A DNA stretch of 64,000 nt, from NCBI GenBank assembly GCA_040437565.1, contig JBDOQK010000012.1, positions 434,001-498,000 of the forward strand, given 5' to 3'. The translations under genes were made by a program, and so were the position numbers. The notes beneath the pieces were generated by a model, which was not told the DNA's origin, did no database searches, and was given only the letters and a program-made list of their open reading frames with translations. Origin of the DNA: Albugo candida. Taxonomy: Eukaryota. Positions 10,609-22,474 of the stretch are shown piece after piece. Within the stretch, counting starts at the first letter, position 1, and each line of letters starts with the position of its first letter.

Positions 10609-13600
10609 GACTTCAGTGATCGAGGATTTATATAAAGATAAAGCATTCTTTGATGCTTATCTATCAACTTTGGCTGCCTGTCTTTTGTCTCGTCTGTGGC
10701 TCAGTATACAAAGGGAAAGACTTGGATACTTCTCTGGTGCATGATGGTCGATACAACAACGCTTCAAGCTTTCGGTCTTTTTATTTGATAGTTGAACTAA
10801 TCGATCGATCCCTACAAGCGGACGCATTGGTATGACATCGCTCATGGCCTTACGCATCATTAGATACCAAATATACCACGATCCGTTGATTTTTATTGTC
10901 TATTGAAAAAGGTACCAAATCCTTACACGTTAATAGCTCCATACACATTTATTTGCCTCCAAGCTACACTCGGCGAACATCAAGTCATTGTGTGCTTTAA
11001 AGTGCTCGGAGGCATCCGAAACGAGCAGAGATTTAGAATATAAACGCCATCGAAAGGCCATAAATACGCTCTCCAATGACGATCATAGATCGGAAAAACT
11101 AATTCCTACTTCACCTTGTATCGTCAGGCATTCCCATAGTACATTTCACTTTATTATCAAGTGCTACGCTTGTTCTATCTCGTATATGTTAATGACCTCA
11201 ATGTCTTGTGCGATCTCTTCTTCGGGTCCGATATGCAGAACGTAATATTTTCTATGGTATCTATGAGATATACAGCCTTTTCCTTCACTATTTGCAAAGC
11301 ACGGTTTTGAATCTGCTTATCGAACGAAAGGAGCCAATACTCATAATTGTCAAGCTCTGTCATACGGGAAATATCAATGATGATTCTGATTCTGTAGCAA
11401 CCTCCAAAATCGCATTTACTTCAAAATTGGAATCTGTATCCAACCAGTGTCATCTCCATTAGTAAGTGATTTCACAACTCCATCGAGACAGCGCGACAAT
11501 ACACCTTATGTATTAATTATCATAAGCGAGTAAATACATATGACTGTAGAGAAAGTAGGTCGCCACGTCATCCATCCGGACTGCTCTATATTACGTCTTA
11601 AACCCATTTCGGCTTTTACATTGTCACCTACGAATACATTGTTTTATTTCGATTGGTAAATATCGTATCAATCGCCTGTCTTCGGCCATTTCAATAAACG
11701 AACGGCGTTCATGACGCAGCAAATCCCTTCCGAAGAGGTACTCACATGTCACGATGGTAATAACACAAAGCTCTGCCGCATTAAACAGATAACGAGCGTG
11801 TTCTCTGGCGATCGCAAATGTGAGCATAAGCAGTTATCGACGCAAAATGCTGACGAATTGAGTGCTTTAGAGGATAAAAATGGATTAAAATACTTGCATA
11901 AGACAGAACCTGCGTGGTATTACAACATCGCTTTGATATGNNNNNNNNNNNNNNNNNNNNNNNNNNNNNNNNNNNNNNNNNNNNNNNNNNNNNNNNNNNN
12001 NNNNNNNNNNNNNNNNNNNNNNNNNNNNNNNNNNNNNNNNTTTTCCACTCGGGTATGCAGATCGTCCTCTTTTTGAACGAGGATGCACGACTTATCGTAT
12101 CACGTAGGAGCGTGTGCCTTTTTTATTGTGTGCAGAAGTTGTCGATTATGTATCACCACAGCAAAAACATGTTCCGAGGAAGAAAAGTAGCATTTTCGGT
12201 GGTCGAACGTTCCCGTTGGGTCTATGGGAGAAGCCTTCTGCTCAGATTGATATTCGTCAAGGAGACAAGAGCTTGCCCGAAACAGATATATTGGGATTCT
12301 GGAGTGAGTCCTGCACAGCGACAAGCCCGCGTTTGCGGCATCTGAAGAGCTCCATCACGCAGTCATCGGAATTACTGAACGGAATATTTGGAAGTTTGGT
12401 TGGGAAAGCACCACAAAAGGAAGCTGCAAACGACACAGAGACCATGACGGATATGAGCGCAGACAATGAAGCTTGCGTGACGCACCATAAGACGTACGAG
12501 TGTGACGTTACTGATCCTCAGGCAGGAAAGACGGATCAGTTCGCCTCTACCATCAACGCGTACAAAGACGGGCAAACGGATATCACAACCGATGAACTTT
12601 GGTCACCTCGCTCTGATATCCTTTCACCTCAATCTCAAGAATCTCAGTCTCCAACATCTCGTCTTCGCGGGCGTTGTGACAGTACCGACCATCTGCTTCA
12701 ACAGCTTTTGGAGAGAGATTCCAAATTAGCGGAAGAAGATGACGAAGGTACTCTCACAACAAAACGCAGTATTCGTGCGGATCCACCACACGTGATTTTC
12801 AAGGAGCGGTGGACAGATAAAGAAGCTCGACTTCGCGTCAATTCTAATTGGGGCCATCTGCCAGGATGGCGATTACTCCCAGTTATAATCAAAAGCAACG
12901 ATGACCTCCGACAGGAGCAGTTTGCAGCTCAGCTGATGAAGCAGTTTCATAGAGTGTTTGAGGAAGCAAAACTCCCGGTCTTTATGCGGCCGTATGATGT
13001 TATTGCGATATCGCCTTCTGCCGGTATAGTCGAAGCCATTGCGGACACCATTTCGATCCATTCACTTAAGCAAAATGTTCGATTTTACACGACACTTTTG
13101 GATTTTTACGTTCATCGATTCGGGGATTCTTCTTCGTCTGAATTCCGCAAAGCAAGAAACAATTTCGTATGCAGTATGGCTGCGTACTCCATGGTGTCAT
13201 ACTTGCTGCAGATCAAGGATCGGCATAATGGCAATCTCCTGCTCGATGCTGAAGGTCACATCATTCATATTGATTTCGGGTACATTCTATCCAATAATCC
13301 TGGAAATGTGGCGTTCGAAAGCGCGCCTTTCAAGCTTACCAACGAGTTTGTGGAATTGATGGGTGGGCCACGCTCCGCTTCATTTCGTCGATTTCGATCG
13401 CTATGTGTCCGATCATTCTTGATCGCTCGTAAGTATCGCCATCGTTTCTTGTTGCTTGTGGAAATGATGCTGAGTGGAAATGAGCATTTACCCTGCTTTG
13501 CGGGCGATCCGAAAGGCACAATGGAACGTTTCGAGTCTCGATTTCAGCCTCAGTTGGACATCAATGCGTGTGAGGACTTTGTCCATGACCTCATCGATGC

Positions 13601-14999
13601 TTCGCTAAATAATTGGCGCACCAAATGGTATGATAAGTATCAGCGCTGGTGTGTAGGCGTCTTTTGAGACTTCAGTGATCGAGGATTTATATAAAGATAA
13701 AGCATTCTTTGATGCTTATCTATCAACTTTGGCTGCCTGTCTTTTGTCTCGTCTGTGGCTCAGTATACAAAGGGAAAGACTTGGATACTTCTCTGGTGCA
13801 TGATGGTCGATACAACAACGCTTCAAGCTTTCGGTCTTTTTATTTGATAGTTGAACTAATCGATCGATCCCTACAAGCGGACGCATTGGTATGACATCGC
13901 TCATGGCCTTACGCATCATTAGATACCAAATATACCACGATCCGTTGATTTTTATTGTCTATTGAAAAAGGTACCAAATCCTTACACGTTAATAGCTCCA
14001 TACACATTTATTTGCCTCCAAGCTACACTCGGCGAACATCAAGTCATTGTGTGCTTTAAAGTGCTCGGAGGCATCCGAAACGAGCAGAGATTTAGAATAT
14101 AAACGCCATCGAAAGGCCATAAATACGCTCTCCAATGACGATCATAGATCGGAAAAACTAATTCCTACTTCACCTTGTATCGTCAGGCATTCCCATAGTA
14201 CATTTCACTTTATTATCAAGTGCTACGCTTGTTCTATCTCGTATATGTTAATGACCTCAATGTCTTGTGCGATCTCTTCTTCGGGTCCGATATGCAGAAC
14301 GTAATATTTTCTATGGTATCTATGAGATATACAGCCTTTTCCTTCACTATTTGCAAAGCACGGTTTTGAATCTGCTTATCGAACGAAAGGAGCCAATACT
14401 CATAATTGTCAAGCTCTGTCATACGGGAAATATCAATGATGATTCTGATTCTGTAGCAACCTCCAAAATCGCATTTACTTCAAAATTGGAATCTGTATCC
14501 AACCAGTGTCATCTCCATTAGTAAGTGATTTCACAACTCCATCGAGACAGCGCGACAATACACCTTATGTATTAATTATCATAAGCGAGTAAATACATAT
14601 GACTGTAGAGAAAGTAGGTCGCCACGTCATCCATCCGGACTGCTCTATATTACGTCTTAAACCCATTTCGGCTTTTACATTGTCACCTACGAATACATTG
14701 TTTTATTTCGATTGGTAAATATCGTATCAATCGCCTGTCTTCGGCCATTTCAATAAACGAACGGCGTTCATGACGCAGCAAATCCCTTCCGAAGAGGTAC
14801 TCACATGTCACGATGGTAATAACACAAAGCTCTGCCGCATTAAACAGATAACGAGCGTGTTCTCTGGCGATCGCAAATGTGAGCATAAGCAGTTATCGAC
14901 GCAAAATGCTGACGAATTGAGTGCTTTAGAGGATAAAAATGGATTAAAATACTTGCATAAGACAGAACCTGCGTGGTATTACAACATCGCTTTGATATG
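8982..14999. repeat. Direct duplication 8982-11940 / 12041-14999 (2959 bp) around a 100-N gap; probable assembly overlap artefact containing a second partial PI4K copy (12041-13667) and an MFS 5' fragment (11711-11940)
   Basis: The ORF translations of both copies are identical at offset 3059, and both copies abut the gap at 11941-12040. Confidence 0.9.
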
Positions 15000-16392
15000 T
15001 TTGGTGGAATTTGGATCGGAAGCGTCTCGCGGCTTAGTTTTACCGGCGTTGTACTCTTATGGAGACCTTCTTGGTGGCGGCTTGGTATTTCTGGGTCTGT
15101 TGACATCACTCTTCAGCGCCGGAAGATTTATTTCTTCGCTATTTCTCGGATGGCTATCCGATCGTTGGTCGTTCCTTCATGTGTACTATCTATCCTGCTC
15201 GATTTCACTGATAGGAAATTTGGCATTTGTATTGGCATACGCTGCCCCATGGCGCTCTCAGATTTTGTTAGGGTGCAGTCGATTCATAATCGGCTTTGGG
15301 GCTGGTAGTCGTAGTGTATGTCGATCCAACATCGCTGCACTCACTCGAACAGATCAGCGACTGGTATACTTTAACCTTTTAGCTGTGGTTGTTTTTCATT
15401 CATATGCTTTGACGCCTGGAATCGCGGGATTTTTCGGTGATGTCAATGTCGTCATTATCAAAGACTTTATTGAAATGAACCGATTCACCGCCTCGGGATT
15501 TCTACTGATTGGTTTTCACATTATGACAATCGTACTGTTACGATTCGTATACAACGATACGATCACACGGGAACACGCTCCGATTACTAATTTGGAATGT
15601 GGGCCTGATAGTAGTGAATCGCCTCAGGTGGAGATCGCAACGGCAGGTCCGGAGGAAGGCTCAGAATCGCAGGATGTACATGATGCAACCGGTACCGAAA
15701 TCAATCAAGAACGCTCTACGCTAGAGCCAGCAACGCTCGATATAGTCGAACCAATGTCCGAACGACTTGTGATGGTCGGAGTATTCGTCTTTCTCGCACA
15801 AAACTTTGTAGCACGCGGCATTCTGTCTATTTTTGAGACAGTCAATGTCCCAATGTACATGATGGCGACAAGTGTCCCCATCGCGTCCGATGAAATCATC
15901 AGAGAAACTTCTGATTTTTTCCTCGGTATCGGATTCCTTGGGCTCATTACGTATGCCGCATTACATCTTCTCCAACGTGTTCCCGATATGCTGCTTTTGT
16001 TATTCGCACATGCAGCTCTCATAGCTGGCAATGCAATCATGGCTGCAATAACACCAGCCACACACACTGAAGATACTCGTATCGATATTTCGTGGTTTAT
16101 TGTCGCCGAAGTTCTCATTTGGAGCATTGGCTGTCCTCTTGCAACTGCAGTTGTGACCTCTGCGTTCTCCAAAACGCTTGGCACACGTCCACAAGGCATT
16201 ATGATGGGCTTGTACGGCTCAGCAGGTTCTGTAGCACGAATGATCATGCCAATGTTACCGGGACTTCTCAATGGAAAATGGAGTCTACTTTTCCTCATAC
16301 AGATCATTTTATGTGTCTGTAGCGTTGTAGCGCTGCTTTTGTACATGCGACTGCTACCACGACCGCGATCGCGACGAGCTTCAATTGTATAA
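14770..16392 (+). CDS. Major facilitator superfamily transporter (MFSD8/CLN7-like), single exon, 540 aa
   Basis: About 12 hydrophobic segments in two halves with an acidic central loop; MFS motif A LGWLSDRW, SRFIIGFGAG, and SKTLGTRPQGIMMGLYGSAGSVARM. Confidence 0.9.
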   Translation: MTQQIPSEEVLTCHDGNNTKLCRIKQITSVFSGDRKCEHKQLSTQNADELSALEDKNGLKYLHKTEPAWYYNIALICLVEFGSEASRGLVLPALYSYGDLLGGGLVFLGLLTSLFSAGRFISSLFLGWLSDRWSFLHVYYLSCSISLIGNLAFVLAYAAPWRSQILLGCSRFIIGFGAGSRSVCRSNIAALTRTDQRLVYFNLLAVVVFHSYALTPGIAGFFGDVNVVIIKDFIEMNRFTASGFLLIGFHIMTIVLLRFVYNDTITREHAPITNLECGPDSSESPQVEIATAGPEEGSESQDVHDATGTEINQERSTLEPATLDIVEPMSERLVMVGVFVFLAQNFVARGILSIFETVNVPMYMMATSVPIASDEIIRETSDFFLGIGFLGLITYAALHLLQRVPDMLLLLFAHAALIAGNAIMAAITPATHTEDTRIDISWFIVAEVLIWSIGCPLATAVVTSAFSKTLGTRPQGIMMGLYGSAGSVARMIMPMLPGLLNGKWSLLFLIQIILCVCSVVALLLYMRLLPRPRSRRASIV

Positions 16393-17424
16393 GATAGCTG
16401 AGAGCGTATGTGTTTGTACAAATAGATGAAAATACTTGAGGGTCCCTACCGTCCACATGACAACATCCTTGCCTGAAATGCTTGTTACAAGTTACTCCCC
16501 ACGGTGACATCAGTATGGACAAACGTCCTCGCTGTGCATGCTACGAAGCCACGAAGTAAGCGTAGCAATAGTTTGTCAAGTTGGTAGAGATTTTGGATAC
16601 ACGAGTTCACAGTTGATTTCATTCTAAATGAGTTGTATGGATAGGCTGTTCGGAAGTAGACTTCCATGCAAATGATTTAGGCGGAATTGTTAGGGCTCGT
16701 CAAACGGTGAGACTTTGACGAGGTCCAAGCGTGGTGCAAGAACGTGGCTATTGAGCATCATCGTTGTCGGATACTTGAGGCTGCGAAGAGAACAGGAATC
16801 TACAAGTGTAGGGTGTTGCTTGTAGAGGTGAGTGTGACATGAACTAGCTGCATCATTAGGTCGTTTTTGCCGCTGTCATCAAATCGTTGTTTGATATGCG
16901 GCGTTGGAAACCTCCAAACAAATAAACAGGGTACATTGATGCTTTCGCGTATGATATGAATGACATTTGATCGTTGGATCTGGTGTTTTGGTCACAGCCG
17001 ATAAGATTCGTCCCATACAATCGACTTTCCAATACTATGAAGATATCGCCATGTTGTGCGAGCTCCATCCTTTAATCTGTGTCGATTCAATAGCGCCCCT
17101 CGATCTGCTCTCTTACCGCATAAGATGTAAGAAAAACTGATATTATTATATAGATCGTGTAAAACAACTCAATTCCAGGGGACTGCTTGTCTCCATCGTA
17201 TGCGGATATGTGATGAATTCTTTGTGTGATGCATTATGAACATCAATCACCCGTCAGTCTGCTTCAATAATTTGCCTAAACTTTGTGAAACATTTCCAGC
17301 GTAATTGACAAGTTGAATGATTGATGGGTAAAGCGAAATGAGACCTGATGTGTGGTCAAGATTATATCGTGCTCCAAGCTGCTGTCATTATTCAAACCTC
17401 TACGACCTTTACACTCGATAAAGT

Positions 17425-17727
17425 ATGAGCAAATTTGTTTTTCTGATCGCCTTGATTGTCCAATTGGTCGACCATGCCAATTGTGATTCTACATCGTTGG
17501 CGAATAATGAAAGAGACCAAACACTATCGACAGCAAGTACTGATGGAGATTGGAATAATCCACAAGGACTGACGCGAAATATTGTCACCGGTAATCGAAT
17601 TCGAGTCGCAAAATCGCAGATTATCCTCACCGATCAAGACAAAGATGTGTTTTTGCGATCGATTGCAGACAGTATCGTCGATCGTATGGATCAAGATGGA
17701 GATGATGAGGGTAGTAGTGGAAATTAA
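17425..17727 (+). CDS. Small predicted secreted protein, 100 aa (paralogue of 20073-20393)
   Basis: Signal-peptide-like N-terminus MSKFVFLIALIVQLVDHANC; shares the motif SQIIxxDxDKxxFxxxIAD with the ORF at 20073. Confidence 0.7.
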   Translation: MSKFVFLIALIVQLVDHANCDSTSLANNERDQTLSTASTDGDWNNPQGLTRNIVTGNRIRVAKSQIILTDQDKDVFLRSIADSIVDRMDQDGDDEGSSGN

Positions 17728-18020
17728 GTCTGATTAAGAGAAATAATTGAACAGTTGAATGCACACAACATTTGTATTGTGAATTCTGATGGCGACTATA
17801 TTCCTTAACTTCAGTCCCTCTCTCACCTAGTCATAGAATCTAGATGTGTCGGATTAGATCTACAGTGACGTCAGTCTAAGTTGCACATCTTAACAGAGAA
17901 AGTCGATTCTTACATTTTGATTTCTGTCGATATTTCTATCGTTTCCTCGGTAATTGCAGACGAATTGATTCCAATACGACCAATCAAAGTCTCCATCACG
18001 TTGAAGTCATTTGCCATTCA

Positions 18021-19685
18021 ATGAATTCACTTAAGAATCTTCGGTTTGCTTATGTCGACAGCATTTCGTCGACACTTTTGGAATTGGAAGACATCATTCC
18101 ACGGACTGTTGCGTTACTGAGGAAAAATCTTTCCGATGAGATATCTGTCTTCACGCAATACGAAGCGCAATTCGCGGACCTCCATAAAACATCAAAATGC
18201 TTGACCGATTTTGAGTTCGATTATCACTCGATTTTGGAAAAACAACAGCGATTGATGCTGCAGATCGATCGAATGGTTCGATGTATCTTTAAATCAAATA
18301 AATCGTAAAAAGATGTCTGTGTACAGTGGCGAGAATTCAGCTGTGCATTTGATGTGCTCGCGCAATTCTTTGTAAACAGCTCGTTGNNNNNNNNNNNNNN
18401 NNNNNNNNNNNNNNNNNNNNNNNNNNNNNNNNNNNNNNNNNNNNNNNNNNNNNNNNNNNNNNNNNNNNNNNNNNNNNNNNNNNNNNTTTTGGAATTGGAA
18501 GACATCATTCCACGGACTGTTGCGTTACTGAGGAAAAATCTTTCCGATGAGATATCTGTCTTCACGCAATACGAAGCGCAATTCGCGGACCTCCATAAAA
18601 CATCAAAATGCTTGACCGATTTTGAGTTCGATTATCACTCGATTTTGGAAAAACAACAGCGATTGATGCTGCAGATCGATCGAATGGTTCGATGTATCTT
18701 TAAATCAAATAAATCGTAAAAAGATGTCTGTGTACAGTGGCGAGAATTCAGCTGTGCATTTGATGTGCTCGCGCAATTCTTTGTAAACAGCTCGTTGACA
18801 ACGGAAGAAAAAGCGATCAAAATTATCGACAGGAACTTCAGTGTAGATTGGAGAGTCCTCTGTTTTAATTCGTTTCTTACAGTGGCGTCATTGTAGCTGC
18901 TGTCCGACGAATCTAGAGTTTGTGAGTCATTGAATTCGAGCAGTTGATGAGATAAAGTAAGCTTTTGGAAACTAGATCTGAGGTCGATGATGTCAGATAC
19001 AGCAAACACATTCAAAGAACACCATCAAGCAAAGAGGATCAAGACTGAAGCTCTCTTTGATGCACAATCCGTACGAAGTATTAGTTCACATGTGGGGCGA
19101 AGATTGAGTCTTCCGTAGGGGCAAAGCGGATGTTTTCGACTGGTCAACAAATCTTCCTCGTCGGTGTTTGTGGACGAGTTAAGAGTCTATTCGGAAGCTG
19201 ATGATGTTCCAGGGCGCACGTGTGCTCGAATACCCGTTGGACTGACACNNNNNNNNNNNNNNNNNNNNNNNNNNNNNNNNNNNNNNNNNNNNNNNNNNNN
19301 NNNNNNNNNNNNNNNNNNNNNNNNNNNNNNNNNNNNNNNNNNNNNNNNAGCAAAGAGGATCAAGACTGAAGCTCTCTTTGATGCACAATCCGTACGAAGT
19401 ATTAGTTCACATGTGGGGCGAAGATTGAGTCTTCCGTAGGGGCAAAGCGGATGTTTTCGACTGGTCAACAAATCTTCCTCGTCGGTGTTTGTGGACGAGT
19501 TAAGAGTCTATTCGGAAGCTGATGATGTTCCAGGGCGCACGTGTGCTCGAATACCCGTTGGACTGACACTTGATGCTTGGAAATCGCATAGTAACTCGAA
19601 AGAATGTCCGTCAAGTATGTATCAAAGAAGACGTACAATGGATGATGTATCTAAACATGTGTTACAGGCGTGCGGATTCGGATGA
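18021..19685 (+). CDS. Hypothetical multi-exon protein with helical/coiled-coil N-terminus; interrupted by two gap duplications
   Basis: ORF 18021-18308 looks coding, GT-AG-bounded segments follow, and the last ORF (19485-19685) ends ...HVLQACGFG*. No family recognised; exon structure unresolved. Confidence 0.5.
18076..18797. repeat. Gap-flanking direct duplication 18076-18386 / 18487-18797 (probable artefact)
   Basis: Identical sequence at offset 411 on either side of the N-run 18387-18486. Confidence 0.85.
19028..19569. repeat. Gap-flanking direct duplication 19028-19248 / 19349-19569 (probable artefact)
   Basis: Identical sequence at offset 321 around the N-run 19249-19348. Confidence 0.85.
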
Positions 19686-20072
19686 GCCAGAAGTTTTTCG
19701 ATGATTTCAGCACCCGATACTCCGGCACTATTGCAAAAGATGAGATTTTTCCATTGATGGGTACCTGGAAGGTACAAGCAGATCAAGCGCACAATTAGGC
19801 GCATGTAAAATGAAGGCATGATTTTGAAACTGGGCTTAATTGGTAGCAAATACATTGTTTTATCGAAAGTCAGCAGCCCCAAATTCACGCGTCCAAAGAT
19901 CTTCTCGTTTATATTTACTAGTTCGAGTCTTCCGTACGATTGATGGATAGCATGACCAATTCTCAGTCTCATCTCGAATACGTAAGGAGCATTCAGCGAA
20001 ACTTCAGCCTTCCAAATCAGCATGCAAGGACTCATTATACAACTTGGACTACAAGTCAAACTCACTTGAAGA

Positions 20073-20393
20073 ATGTTTACCAAGTACATCCTAACCATCT
20101 GCTTTTCTACCTCGACACTGGAGCATGCGATAGCTGACCATTTAGCCCCATCAAATTTTTCCCTTATGACTGCGAATCGATCGCATCTCGATGATACTTC
20201 CAACTCGACAATAGACGAACCACTCGTGAGGTCAAATGATACATCCTCCGACAATCACGTCCTTATTACCGACAGCCAAATTATCTTTGACGACAAAGAC
20301 AAAAGACTATTTATGCAGTATATTGCCGACAACTTTATTCAGCTATTACGCAGCATGATGGATAGTGGCAAAACAACGGACCAGAGTGATTAG
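20073..20393 (+). CDS. Small predicted secreted protein, 106 aa (paralogue of 17425-17727)
   Basis: N-terminus MFTKYILTICFSTSTLEHAIA is a weaker signal peptide; S/T/N/D-rich linker with N-x-S/T sequons; shared motif SQIIFDDKDKRLFMQYIAD. Confidence 0.65.
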   Translation: MFTKYILTICFSTSTLEHAIADHLAPSNFSLMTANRSHLDDTSNSTIDEPLVRSNDTSSDNHVLITDSQIIFDDKDKRLFMQYIADNFIQLLRSMMDSGKTTDQSD

Positions 20394-20605
20394 TTGCCCG
20401 AGAAATGTGTTGTTTGGATTTTATCGCTTAAATGAATCGAATTTTGATTTTTTTTCACACCCTCGAGAAATTCTTCTAGTCTGCAGCAACTGATACGAGA
20501 TCCAAATGCAGCAGGCTGGTGAAGACTTAGAGACCGACCGAGTAGCACGTGACATCGTATCCGTTCGGCGTCGCCTCTTTCATGAATGCAATAGGATTCT
20601 ACACG

Positions 20606-22474
20606 TCAGTCTTCTAAGTGAAGAAAGTCTAAAATGGCAGCCATTTTGTACTTGTACTCCAAATGTCCTTTGATGATGGATGACAGATCAACATTCTCGA
20701 TATATTTAGCTTCAAGCGGGGCAATGCCTGCGCATGTGAATGCCCATCCTTGGTACCGATACATCAGAGCAAGCATCCAATCATTTTTTGAGAATCCGTT
20801 GATGATCCTTCCTGCTACAACGCTTCGAATAGATTCCCACTCTTCCACAGACGCTGGTACGGGAGTGCCAAGAAAAACTGCATTTTCGATTATTCCGAGA
20901 CAATTCGCTTCAGTATGTGACCCATCAACGCTATTTCCGCTCGCTTTTGCATTGATACCGACCAATTCCTTCAAACACGAGAAGATCAAGCGAGCTCCCA
21001 TCCCATAGCCAATCAATGTCACCGGTCGAAGTCCTTGCTCCCGTTGACACAACGCTTTGGCCAATATTTTACCTCCTTGATCTGCAGCGTTCATTATAAG
21101 TGTCCAGATGTTATCAATCATATCAAAGGCTCGAAACACTGCTCTGGGTATTGTCACAGCAGCAAATAGCGCTGCTAGTGTCGTGTGTTTGATGAGCTCG
21201 TAGTCGATGAACGAAAGTAATTTATCTTTCGTGATCGATCGCATCGCCATTCCAAACTCTAACAATAGTTTCTCTTCCCATATCAAGCAGTATTGATCGG
21301 CCTGTTTGAAGCGATCTTTCCAGCACCATCCTCTCAAAAGTGAAGCCTGCTCCTTCGAAGGTGTGATTTCTTCGTGCACTAATTCCAAAGTCGATGCTGT
21401 TGCTTCGTCGCACATTGAGCAGCGACTATTGTCAGCTGAATTTGGTTCTCCATCAATCGATTGACAATGCATTTTTCGCAATTTTGTAATGAATTCCATC
21501 TCTCGTCCTCGATAAAGCTCCAGAATTGTGTCTACGGCATCTTCTTTTAGATTGTGGTAATGCTGATACATCCTTAGGTACTCTATAGTATCACCCCAAG
21601 CGAGTCGAAAAGGATCTTCGACACCCTGAATATCATCTTTGTCCAGCCATCCGGTCACACAAATGTAAACATTCATCCCATCGCCTGCAGTGATCAAATC
21701 GAAACACAGCTCTTGTACTCCCCGAGTTCGTTTATCTGTCTTGAACCCGATGACACTAGCTCCCGTTGTACCAAAAAGGATACTAGTCGCTGTGACCCCT
21801 GCAGTTGACCCTATAGCTGTTCCAATAGCAGCGCCTGTTGTTCCAAATACAGCTAATGAAGCCGATATCGCCGGAGCAGCAAGACCACCGGTAACAGCGA
21901 GAAGTGTTCCACCTGTCACTGCTGCAGCACCAATGGCCATATTCCTTTTCCAATTCCAAATACCTTTCTTCTGACCACCAAATTTTTTTTTCGAGATTTT
22001 CATTGCTTCGGCGTACAATTCCCGGCCTATTATGGTTTCTTCCTCCATCACCTTTGACCACGATATCTCCATCGACGCGGCGAGGTGGCGACACATTGTT
22101 CGTGCTCTCGCATCATAGCCGATATTGAACACGATGAACCACAGGAGCTGCTCGAATATCTTCCAGTGGAGAGCATTTCCTGTCACCAAGCTGTCTTGAT
22201 TATCATCGATTTTCTCGACTAAGAGGTTTAAAAATGCTTTTGGATCAATCGGTTCTTCTGATTTAGCATCCAGGAAGGGATAATATGCTTGTGCGTCGTT
22301 TTTATCCAGCTTGAGAAAATCCTTACTCAGAATACTTAAGAAGCGCTTAGACCATTCGAGGTCAATTGAGGTATCATTAACGAGCGCTAAGCGGCATCCA
22401 CAAAGCCCAAGAAACCCTATTTTCTGCGATTTCGATAATGAGAGTTGGTCTAATTGCATAGGATTCGAAATCAT
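20606..22474 (-). CDS. TMCO4: TMCO4 / DUF726 (Mil1-like) alpha/beta-hydrolase-fold membrane protein, 622 aa
   Basis: GYDARAR, AIGAAAVTGGTLLAVTGGLAAP, MIDNIW, GLRPVTLIGYGMGARLIFSCL, RSVVAGRIINGFSKNDWML, IENVDLS..IKGHLEY. Confidence 0.9.
   Translation of the reverse strand: MISNPMQLDQLSLSKSQKIGFLGLCGCRLALVNDTSIDLEWSKRFLSILSKDFLKLDKNDAQAYYPFLDAKSEEPIDPKAFLNLLVEKIDDNQDSLVTGNALHWKIFEQLLWFIVFNIGYDARARTMCRHLAASMEISWSKVMEEETIIGRELYAEAMKISKKKFGGQKKGIWNWKRNMAIGAAAVTGGTLLAVTGGLAAPAISASLAVFGTTGAAIGTAIGSTAGVTATSILFGTTGASVIGFKTDKRTRGVQELCFDLITAGDGMNVYICVTGWLDKDDIQGVEDPFRLAWGDTIEYLRMYQHYHNLKEDAVDTILELYRGREMEFITKLRKMHCQSIDGEPNSADNSRCSMCDEATASTLELVHEEITPSKEQASLLRGWCWKDRFKQADQYCLIWEEKLLLEFGMAMRSITKDKLLSFIDYELIKHTTLAALFAAVTIPRAVFRAFDMIDNIWTLIMNAADQGGKILAKALCQREQGLRPVTLIGYGMGARLIFSCLKELVGINAKASGNSVDGSHTEANCLGIIENAVFLGTPVPASVEEWESIRSVVAGRIINGFSKNDWMLALMYRYQGWAFTCAGIAPLEAKYIENVDLSSIIKGHLEYKYKMAAILDFLHLED

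Noticed and set aside
10650-11700. Short ORFs between PI4K and the MFS gene (and their copies at 13709-14760)
   Set aside because: All under 90 aa with frequent stops in every frame; I could not build a coherent spliced product or recognise a family.
12041-13667. Second PI4K gene (tandem duplication)
   Set aside because: Identical to 8982-10608, lacks the 5' exons, begins exactly at an N-gap, and follows the same pattern as all other gaps; treated as an assembly overlap.
15705-16421. Long antisense ORFs (238 aa here; also 35475-36329 and many within the dynein gene)
   Set aside because: Shadow frames opposite well-supported genes, with no recognisable motifs.
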